Of a stretch of 32,000 bases of DNA, positions 25,661-32,000 are shown piece after piece. The position numbers and the translations under genes are program-made. The first letter of the stretch is position 1. The number at the start of each line of letters is the position of its first letter. This stretch comes from Candidatus Pacearchaeota archaeon (GTDB taxonomy: Archaea > Nanobdellota > Nanobdellia > Pacearchaeales > UBA284): assembly GCA_026016245.1 (NCBI GenBank), contig CP061211.1:150001-182000 (forward strand), written 5' to 3'. The notes under the pieces were generated by a model. The model was not told the origin of the DNA. It was given only the letters and a program-made list of their open reading frames with translations, and did not search any database.

Positions 25661-25948
25661 TTAGATTTTTGTTATTAATTTTTTAATTGGTCTATTACTC
25701 TTATTTATAATTTTAAGAAGTAATGAATGTTTTTCTATGTCCTCTCTAATTTCAGGTTTAATATAAAATCTTTCATCTTTTCCATGTACAAAATCATTAA
25801 TCCAGTTAAGCCCCATAACAAAATTCCAATATTTATCTAGATTTGCTCTATAAGTCTGTCTATTTATTTCGAATATTTCTTCTTTAGTTAATCCTTCATT
25901 TGTTGCAATAATAGTAATAATAGAATTTTGTGCATATACAAGTCCCAT
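25661..25948 (-). CDS. hypothetical protein, tightly linked downstream of dnaG
   Basis: 95-codon ORF. Its ATG (25946-25948) lies 1 nt after the dnaG stop codon (25950-25952). No motif recognised. Confidence 0.5.
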   Translation of the reverse strand: MGLVYAQNSIITIIATNEGLTKEEIFEINRQTYRANLDKYWNFVMGLNWINDFVHGKDERFYIKPEIREDIEKHSLLLKIINKSNRPIKKLITKI

Positions 25949-25949
25949 T

Positions 25950-27599
25950 TTAATCTTCCCATCTCCATTTTTGTAATAATTTTAATAGTTTTTCTGAGTC
26001 TCCTTCCCTGTCTGCAATTATTATTTCTTCTTCTAATTTTTTTCTTGCCCTAATTTTTTGGACCTCTTCGACTCTATTAAGAGCTATAGAAACCGATTCA
26101 GGATTATATTGCTGCATACTTAAATAAACCATTGTTTTTTCATCATCTTTTTCTAATCTATTCAATTTTCCTTCTATAAATGCTTGGTATATCCTTTTGT
26201 GTTGTGGATAAGTGAAGAAAGAGACAGGGATTGTTTCAGTTGTTTCTTTTTTTGTTTTTCCTATGTTGTCTGCTTTTTTTTGGATTATTGCTCCAAGAAG
26301 AACTCTCTCTTCAGAAAAACTCTCAGGTAATTCAATATATTCTTCTCTTGGTTTTTCATGTTCTAGCGCCTCAAGTACATCCCCTTCCCTAAAATTTGCT
26401 TTTTTACATAAAACTCTTATCTCTTCAGCTTTTTCTATATAATTTTTTGATACATTGATTAAAGGAAGAATTATGTTAGCAATTTCAATTCTTCCATCTC
26501 TTGTCTCTTTGTTGTGTTTGGAGAGAGCAAGATCCAAAGAGAAATCAAAAAAATCTTTTGCATTTTTTATAGAGTCTAAAAGTAATTCAAGCCCTCCTTT
26601 TCTTATTGTCTCATCAGGATCATTGTATGACCCAGGCAATACAGCCACCTTTACTACCAAGCCATGCTTTTTGAGAGCAGAATAGGAAGTTTTTATAGCT
26701 TTTATTCCTGCTTCATCAGCATCTGTAGCAATAATAACTTTGTTTGCATATTTACTGATGGTCTGGACTTGTTGTTTTGTGAAAGAGGCACTGCATAAAG
26801 AGATAAAATTATCAATTCCTGATTGATGAGCAGAAATAGCATCAGTATATCCTTCCCCAACCACCACATCTCCTGTTTTTCTGATATTTTTCCCTGCAAA
26901 ATTTAATGCATATAAAAAATTTCTTTTCTCAAAGATTTCTGTGTTTCTGGAATTTACATATTTGGCTTCATCATCATCTTTTAAGCTTCTTCCTGTGAAT
27001 CCTGCTATCCTACCATAATGATCAAACAAAGGAAAAATTATCCTGTCACTAAAAAAAGGATAGGATTTTCCACCTTCTTCTTTAGAGAGTAATGAAGTTC
27101 GATATAAAGTATCATCTGTAAATCCTTCTTTTCTTAGCTGTGAGATTACTTTCTCTCCATCTTTTGGTGCGTATCCCATTAGAAATCTTTTAATTGTATC
27201 TTCACTAAATTTTCTTTTATCTTTTAAGTAATCTTTAGCAATTTTTCCTTGTTCTAAATAATAAGAAAAAAGTCTAGAGGCATATTTGTTAGCTTCATAA
27301 AGAATTTTTAGAGATTTCCATGGTTTAATTCCTTCAACATCAAACCCCTTAGTATATAATATCCTTAGAGCAGTTCTATTTCCTACTCCTTCCATAATTT
27401 TAACAAAACCTATGGCATCTCCACCCAGCCCGCATCCAAAACAATAAAAAGTTCCTTTATCTGGCCATACTTTAAATGAAGGTGATTTATCTTCATGGGC
27501 AGGAAAAGGACATAAAGCCCTTAAACGGCCTCCACCATCATCTCGTAAACTTATATCATAACTTTCTAGAACTTGGACTATATCTGGTTTTTTTGGCAT
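25950..27599 (-). CDS. dnaG: bacterial-architecture DNA primase DnaG (CHC2 zinc finger, RNA-polymerase core, TOPRIM, C-terminal helical domain)
   Basis: CHC2 zinc finger CPFPAHEDKSPSFKVWPDKGTFYCFGCGLGGDAIGF. Primase core GRIAGFTGRSL...KYVNSRNTEIFEKRNFLYAL. TOPRIM VVVGEGYTDAISAHQSG and IIATDADEAGIKA. 549 aa. Confidence 0.9.
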   Translation of the reverse strand: MPKKPDIVQVLESYDISLRDDGGGRLRALCPFPAHEDKSPSFKVWPDKGTFYCFGCGLGGDAIGFVKIMEGVGNRTALRILYTKGFDVEGIKPWKSLKILYEANKYASRLFSYYLEQGKIAKDYLKDKRKFSEDTIKRFLMGYAPKDGEKVISQLRKEGFTDDTLYRTSLLSKEEGGKSYPFFSDRIIFPLFDHYGRIAGFTGRSLKDDDEAKYVNSRNTEIFEKRNFLYALNFAGKNIRKTGDVVVGEGYTDAISAHQSGIDNFISLCSASFTKQQVQTISKYANKVIIATDADEAGIKAIKTSYSALKKHGLVVKVAVLPGSYNDPDETIRKGGLELLLDSIKNAKDFFDFSLDLALSKHNKETRDGRIEIANIILPLINVSKNYIEKAEEIRVLCKKANFREGDVLEALEHEKPREEYIELPESFSEERVLLGAIIQKKADNIGKTKKETTETIPVSFFTYPQHKRIYQAFIEGKLNRLEKDDEKTMVYLSMQQYNPESVSIALNRVEEVQKIRARKKLEEEIIIADREGDSEKLLKLLQKWRWED

Positions 27600-27622
27600 G
27601 AGATTAAATAATTGTATATAAG

Positions 27623-27632
27623 TATTTAAAAA
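27623..27632 (-). promoter_or_regulatory. TATA box (minus strand TTTTTAAATA) for dnaG
   Basis: Same 10-mer as the box upstream of rps6e (29391-29400). 33 nt from the 5' end of the box to the dnaG ATG at 27599. Confidence 0.45.
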
Positions 27633-27696
27633 TTTCGTAAGTTTAAAATAGATAATTTTATAAAATATTATTAATTGATATAATTGGCTGAGGAAA

Positions 27697-29397
27697 ATGA
27701 GGGGAAAAGATGAACTTTATGAAAAATTATGCTTCTTATTTAGGCATAGAAACAAAAAAGAGTTTGAAGATTTAGAAAGAGAAATAGTTTATTCTTTCGG
27801 AATAAAAGACCCTTTTGGAGGAGTTAGACATGAGAGTCTTTTTTTAACTTCTATTTTGATGGGAGAGCCATTATATGAAGGGAATGAGGATTTCAGAGAA
27901 TTTTATTTAAGAGGGCTAAGATCTTGGTCTGAATTTTTAAAATATTTGAAATATTTACATGAAAATTTCAATATGCAGTTTCCGGTTATTCCTAGCGATG
28001 CAGATTTTAAAAGAACAATACTAGTAGATTGTAAAGATTCTATAGGATTAATTAAAATATTAAAAAAAGAATATAAAGAATATGACATACAGGTTCCAGA
28101 AATAAAGAAGATAGAAGAAAAAGGAGAACTTACAGTGCTTGATGAAATAAACTATAGATATAGTTTTAAGAATAATCCGCAGATTATAGAGCATGTAATA
28201 AGAATATTAAATGGAAATAAACAATTTTATGTTCCATTAATAAGAGATAGATTAGAGGAGATAAAACAAACAACTAGAAGAATAGAAAATAATGTATCTT
28301 TTGATTTATTTAAATATGGAAAATTTCTTTCTTCGATAGCTTCTAAATTAGGGATAGAAGTAGATGGTCATTTCTCAAGGAAAATAGATTATGCTCCACA
28401 AAAAATAACTTACTCAAAAAAGGAGGGATCTTCACATGTGATAGAAATAAAAGAAGAAAAGCAACGTTCACTTTTTGCAGAGATTATAATAAAGAGACAG
28501 GATCCTTTATCTCAATTTATAGAAGTAAAGAAAAATGGAGAAATATTGTCAAAAATTGCTTATGGTATTTATTTTTTTGGTAAAAATGGATTTGATATTG
28601 AGTATCCACAATTCACTTCTCTAGAAGGTAGATTAGAAGAAAAATTTGATCAAGTTAAACCTTCATTAATAAAAGTAATTAAAGAATTATTAGAAGGAAG
28701 GCAAAATCCCTTACCTTTTCACTTGGGTGATAACCAAATAGTTTCTTGGTTGGAGAGATTTATAAGACAAGACTATATAGAAGAACTCAGAAAAACACAA
28801 AATTTTGCATCCTCTGTTTTGAGTGATGATATAAATACCAGTATTATAAAAATCATTGAGGAGATAAATTACAAAAAGTGGCCAACAAAAACTCATAGTT
28901 ATCTTGGGACGCCAAAAAAATATGGTGTTTTCCTGCAAAAAATCTATGATAATACCTCATTAACATTTGTTTCTCTTCTTAGTAAAAACATTATAAATTA
29001 TGAAAAAGAAAATACGGGTACAAAATTAAGAAAAAGAATAGAGGAAATAGAAGAAAAAAAGAGAGATGTTACTAGATTATTAAGAGAACACGAGACTGCA
29101 TTGAAAGAGGCCTTGAAGAGTTTAGAGTCAGAAAAGAAAGAGAAAGTTTTCATGCTTAATTCTCTTTATAGCATGAAAGAATATGAAAAAAGATTAGAAA
29201 AATTGGAAAATGGAGAGAGAATTGAGATAGAACCCTTAAATACTAAATTATGGGCAGATGTTCCTTTTTATCATGTTGAAAAATACAGTAAAAAACTTCA
29301 TGATATTTGTGAAAAAGTGGACTCTAATATAAGAAGTTACAGATTTTATCCAGGCAAAAAAGTCTTTGGTAATAACAATCATACACAATGTTTTTAA
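27697..29397 (+). CDS. large hypothetical protein with a C-terminal coiled-coil segment
   Basis: 566-codon ORF divergent from dnaG. SD-like TGAGGA 4 nt upstream of the ATG. C-terminal K/E-rich heptad region (KLRKRIEEIEEKKRDVTRLLREHETALKEALKSLESEKKEK). No Walker, nuclease or polymerase motif recognised. Confidence 0.6.
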   Translation: MRGKDELYEKLCFLFRHRNKKEFEDLEREIVYSFGIKDPFGGVRHESLFLTSILMGEPLYEGNEDFREFYLRGLRSWSEFLKYLKYLHENFNMQFPVIPSDADFKRTILVDCKDSIGLIKILKKEYKEYDIQVPEIKKIEEKGELTVLDEINYRYSFKNNPQIIEHVIRILNGNKQFYVPLIRDRLEEIKQTTRRIENNVSFDLFKYGKFLSSIASKLGIEVDGHFSRKIDYAPQKITYSKKEGSSHVIEIKEEKQRSLFAEIIIKRQDPLSQFIEVKKNGEILSKIAYGIYFFGKNGFDIEYPQFTSLEGRLEEKFDQVKPSLIKVIKELLEGRQNPLPFHLGDNQIVSWLERFIRQDYIEELRKTQNFASSVLSDDINTSIIKIIEEINYKKWPTKTHSYLGTPKKYGVFLQKIYDNTSLTFVSLLSKNIINYEKENTGTKLRKRIEEIEEKKRDVTRLLREHETALKEALKSLESEKKEKVFMLNSLYSMKEYEKRLEKLENGERIEIEPLNTKLWADVPFYHVEKYSKKLHDICEKVDSNIRSYRFYPGKKVFGNNNHTQCF

Positions 29398-29400
29398 ATA
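29391..29400 (+). promoter_or_regulatory. TATA box (TTTTTAAATA) for rps6e; leaderless spacing
   Basis: 29 nt from the 5' end of the box to the ATG at 29420. Overlaps the last codons and stop of the preceding ORF. Confidence 0.45.
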
Positions 29401-29419
29401 ATATTATAATAAAATTAAT

Positions 29420-30034
29420 ATGCCATTCAAACTAGATATAGGAGATCCAAAATCAAAAAAGACATTTCACATAGAAACAGCTAGTGAGATATTCATAGGA
29501 AAAAAGATTAGTGATACAGTAAAAGGAGATGCAATCAAAGAATTTCCTCTTTCAGATTATGAATTTACAATTACAGGAGCAACTGATAATGCCGGCTTCC
29601 CAGCTCTTTCTTTTATCGAAGGATCAGGAAGAAAAAAAGTTCTTCTAACTAGGGGCAAGGGTTTGAAAAGAGTAAGAAAAAAGAAAAAATCAAGAAAGCC
29701 TATTAAAGGACTGAGATTGAGAAAATCTGTTCATGGTAATATAATAGATGATGATATTTCTCAAATAAATCTAAAAGTCACAAAACAAGGAGCTAAATCT
29801 CTTGAAGAAATTTTTGGAAAAAAAGAAGAAGTGAAGGAAGAGAAAAAGGAAGAAAAGCCAGTAGAAAAGAAAGAAGAAGAAAAAGTTGAAGTAAAGCCAG
29901 AGGAAAAGAAGGAAGAGGCTAAGCCTGAAGAAAAACCCAAGGAAAAACCGAAAGAAGAGGAAAAACCAGAAGAAAAACCAGCTGAGAAGCCGAAGGAAGA
30001 AAAAGTAGAGGAGAAAAAGGAAGAGGCTAAGTAA
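29420..30034 (+). CDS. rps6e: ribosomal protein S6e (eS6) with a C-terminal K/E/P-rich extension of about 70 aa
   Basis: N-terminal MPFKLDIGDPKSKKTFHIE..., ITGATDNAGFP, GRKKVLLTRG, LRLRKSVHGN are S6e signatures. Residues 134-204 are low-complexity (KEEKP/EEKKEEAKP-like). Confidence 0.9.
   Translation: MPFKLDIGDPKSKKTFHIETASEIFIGKKISDTVKGDAIKEFPLSDYEFTITGATDNAGFPALSFIEGSGRKKVLLTRGKGLKRVRKKKKSRKPIKGLRLRKSVHGNIIDDDISQINLKVTKQGAKSLEEIFGKKEEVKEEKKEEKPVEKKEEEKVEVKPEEKKEEAKPEEKPKEKPKEEEKPEEKPAEKPKEEKVEEKKEEAK
29819..30031 (+). repeat. purine-rich low-complexity coding tract (degenerate KEEKP-type repeats)
   Basis: About 210 nt almost entirely A/G on the + strand. gaaaagaaggaagaggctaag recurs near-identically as gagaaaaaggaagaggctaag. 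Encodes the S6e tail. Confidence 0.8.
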
Positions 30035-30089
30035 TTCTTGTAATTTAAAAGTAGTAAAATTTATAAGTAAGAAAGATTATCTTATTTCT

Positions 30090-30371
30090 ATGGCAATGTA
30101 CTATTCATTTATCTATAAAGTAGAAGGTCTTGAAGGAAAATACTTTTTAGACCATCGTTATGGAAAGAAAGGAGTTGCAGATTTTTTTAATTTGAAAGAA
30201 AGAAGAAAGGAAATTGAACAGATAGCATGTGTTATTAATTCTGATGATCATTTTAATGAATTAGAAGATATAGTTTTGAGAGCTACAAAAGGTGAAATTA
30301 ATGAAGAACAGCTAAGAAAAATGATCAAATTCATTCAAAATAAAATAGAACCTTTAAACCCAAAAAAATAA
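30090..30371 (+). CDS. hypothetical protein
   Basis: 93-codon ORF. TATA-like TTTATAAGTA at 30060-30069, 30 nt upstream. Its stop is 1 nt before the next ATG. No motif recognised. Confidence 0.5.
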   Translation: MAMYYSFIYKVEGLEGKYFLDHRYGKKGVADFFNLKERRKEIEQIACVINSDDHFNELEDIVLRATKGEINEEQLRKMIKFIQNKIEPLNPKK

Positions 30372-30372
30372 A

Positions 30373-31050
30373 ATGGCATTAGTACCTTTGATATTATATT
30401 TATTTTCGCAATTAATTTCTCCATTTCCCGGAGGACATCAGTATACAGTAAAAGAATATTATCCTGATTCTGATTCAGTTAAAGCTGTTAAAATTCTCAG
30501 AAATTATAAAAATAGAATGGAATGTGATTTTGTTACAGGACAGGCCACTCTTATAGTTGTGGATAATAATAAAGATATAAACCCAGATCAGTTATTTGTT
30601 TTAAGTAGGATAGGCAAAGGAGCAGCTGCCCAATATATACGCCCACAAGAACAAAAAGATGATTTTGAAGCTAGTAAAAAATTTATGCAAGAATTGTACA
30701 ATGATTATTATTATAATAAAGATAATACGCAAAAAAATAGAATTCCCGAATTTAGTTTGATGCCTGATGGAGGTTATCAATTTATAATATATGAGGATGA
30801 TGGAATTAAAATGCTAAGAAGTTTTGATAAAACCAATTCTGCAGAAGGTTGGTCTTTGAAAGATGACACTACTTTTGTTGTTTTAGATCAAGGTAGAGAT
30901 GGGAAACCAGAGTATGCAATAAAGATTGTGAATGGAAATGGAGAATATTATACTTTATCAAAACCAGAAAATTTTGAGGAAAGATATAAATCAGAGGATC
31001 TAATGAAAAAACTTTATAGAGAAGATAAAAAAGCAAGAGGGATTAAGTAA
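30373..31050 (+). CDS. hypothetical protein with an N-terminal hydrophobic (signal/anchor-like) segment
   Basis: 225-codon ORF. N-terminus MALVPLILYLFSQLISPFPGG. Tightly coupled to the preceding ORF. No motif recognised. Confidence 0.5.
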   Translation: MALVPLILYLFSQLISPFPGGHQYTVKEYYPDSDSVKAVKILRNYKNRMECDFVTGQATLIVVDNNKDINPDQLFVLSRIGKGAAAQYIRPQEQKDDFEASKKFMQELYNDYYYNKDNTQKNRIPEFSLMPDGGYQFIIYEDDGIKMLRSFDKTNSAEGWSLKDDTTFVVLDQGRDGKPEYAIKIVNGNGEYYTLSKPENFEERYKSEDLMKKLYREDKKARGIK

Positions 31051-31081
31051 GATTTAAAAGTTTGAATTCTCTTTTTGTTTA

Positions 31082-32000
31082 GTGGTAGATAATAAGAATA
31101 AACAACCAGAATTGAATATTGGTTTAGTTGGACATATTGATCATGGTAAAACTACTCTACTTTATCAACTTACAGGGGTATGGAGTGATAAGCATAGTGA
31201 GGAATTGAAAAGAGGTATTACAATTAAGTTAGGTTATGCTGATTCTTTGATTAGAAAATGTGAAAAGTGTGGCAAGTTTACAACAAAGCCTGTTTGTGAA
31301 TGTGGTGGCAAAGTTTCTGAAATAAGGTATGTTAGTTTTGTTGATGCTCCTGGTCATGAAATGTTAATGGCAACTATGTTAGGAGGGGCTGCTATTATTG
31401 ATGCTGCCTTACTTGTCATAGCTGCTAATGAACCTTTTCCACAACCTCAGACAAAAGAACATCTACTTGCTCTAGAAGCTAAAGGAATTAGTCAAGTAAT
31501 AATTGTTCAGAATAAGCTTGATTTAATTACAAAAGAGGAAGCCAAGAAACAGTATGATGCAGTAAAGAAATTCATTAAAGGAACTATTGCTGAAAATGCC
31601 ACCATAATTCCTATTTGTGCTCAGCAAGGAATTAATATAGGGGCTTTACTTGAGGCTGTAACAAAATTAAAAATTCCTGAGCATGATACAATAAGCAAAC
31701 CTTTGTTCCTTATAGCTAGAAGTTTTGATGTTAACAAGCCAGGAACTAAACCAAAAGATCTCAGTGGGGGTATTCTTGGAGGCTCGCTTAAAAAAGGTAA
31801 ATTAAAGATTGGAGATATAATTGAAATTAAACCAGGACTGGCGAAAAAGAAACATGATAAAACTGAATATTATGCTATTAAGACAAAAATTACTGGACTT
31901 AGAGCTGGAGTAAACAAACTTAGCGAGGCTTTACCTTCTGGAAGCTTGGCAATTCAAACATCTCTTGATCCGCTGTTAGCAAAAGCAGACAGTCTTGCAG
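31082..32000 (+). CDS. eif2g: translation initiation factor aIF2 gamma subunit, 3'-truncated by the window end
   Basis: Not in the ORF track because no stop falls inside the window. The frame opens after TAA at 31055-31057. GTG at 31082 gives VVDNKNKQPELNIGLVGHIDHGKTTL (G1), then the zinc ribbon CEKCGKF...CECGG, DAPGHE (G3) and NKLD (G4). TATA-like ATTTAAAA lies 30 nt upstream of the GTG. Confidence 0.88.
   Translation, partial: MVDNKNKQPELNIGLVGHIDHGKTTLLYQLTGVWSDKHSEELKRGITIKLGYADSLIRKCEKCGKFTTKPVCECGGKVSEIRYVSFVDAPGHEMLMATMLGGAAIIDAALLVIAANEPFPQPQTKEHLLALEAKGISQVIIVQNKLDLITKEEAKKQYDAVKKFIKGTIAENATIIPICAQQGINIGALLEAVTKLKIPEHDTISKPLFLIARSFDVNKPGTKPKDLSGGILGGSLKKGKLKIGDIIEIKPGLAKKKHDKTEYYAIKTKITGLRAGVNKLSEALPSGSLAIQTSLDPLLAKADSLA

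Noticed and set aside
26212-26899. Small ORFs overlapping dnaG (26212-26442 +, 26455-26685 +, 26702-26899 -)
   Set aside because: They overlap the TOPRIM and C-terminal regions of a motif-supported primase gene, either antisense or in another frame. No independent support.
25661-29397. Primase plus flanking orphans considered as an integrated mobile element or prophage remnant
   Set aside because: No integrase, transposase, terminal repeats, tRNA attachment site or composition shift is visible. The promoter boxes are identical to those of core genes. It remains only as a caveat in the primase finding.
29819-30031. Purine-rich repetitive tract considered as a possible non-coding tandem repeat or CRISPR-like array
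   Set aside because: It is in frame with S6e, has no spacer/repeat periodicity and no stop codons. It is a low-complexity coding tail.
1-32000. Search for tRNA, rRNA or other structured RNA genes, CRISPR repeats, and diversity-generating retroelement components (reverse transcriptase, TR/VR repeat pairs)
   Set aside because: The intergenic spaces (largest 7614-7794 and 22633-22749) are AT-rich promoter regions without GC-rich stems. No regularly spaced repeats and no reverse-transcriptase motif appear in any ORF. By-eye screening cannot exclude small ncRNAs.

Overview
AT-rich, very gene-dense segment. Genes are often separated by 1-10 nt or overlap, and convergent genes overlap at their stop codons. 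It is most likely from a small-genome archaeon, possibly DPANN-like. That placement is inferred from archaeal hallmark genes (aIF5B, aIF2-gamma, ribosomal protein S6e, class I CCA-adding enzyme, AMP phosphorylase) and from TATA-box promoters sitting 29-34 nt upstream of start codons, which implies leaderless mRNAs. All calls come from motif recognition in the supplied translations and from reading the DNA; no database search was possible. Main contents: (1) an nrdR-nrdD-nrdG anaerobic ribonucleotide reductase operon. nrdD is split by two related LAGLIDADG inteins, and two NrdR-box-like palindromes sit on the archaeal-type promoter. (2) An operon of a Ca2+-type P-ATPase, a stand-alone GGDEF diguanylate cyclase and a Ca2+/cation antiporter. 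(3) A Kef-type K+/H+ antiporter. (4) A six-gene operon: AI-2E permease, AMP phosphorylase, two GNAT acetyltransferases, a methyltransferase and the CCA enzyme. (5) A Memo-like protein. (6) A bacterial-architecture DnaG primase (CHC2 zinc finger plus TOPRIM) between aIF5B and S6e/aIF2-gamma, flanked by orphan ORFs. About a dozen ORFs have no recognisable domain. No tRNA, rRNA, CRISPR array, transposase or integrase was seen. The strongest candidates for new biology are the sensor-less GGDEF cyclase inside a calcium-transport operon of an archaeon, the bacterial-type primase with its orphan neighbours, and the NrdR operator on a TATA promoter.
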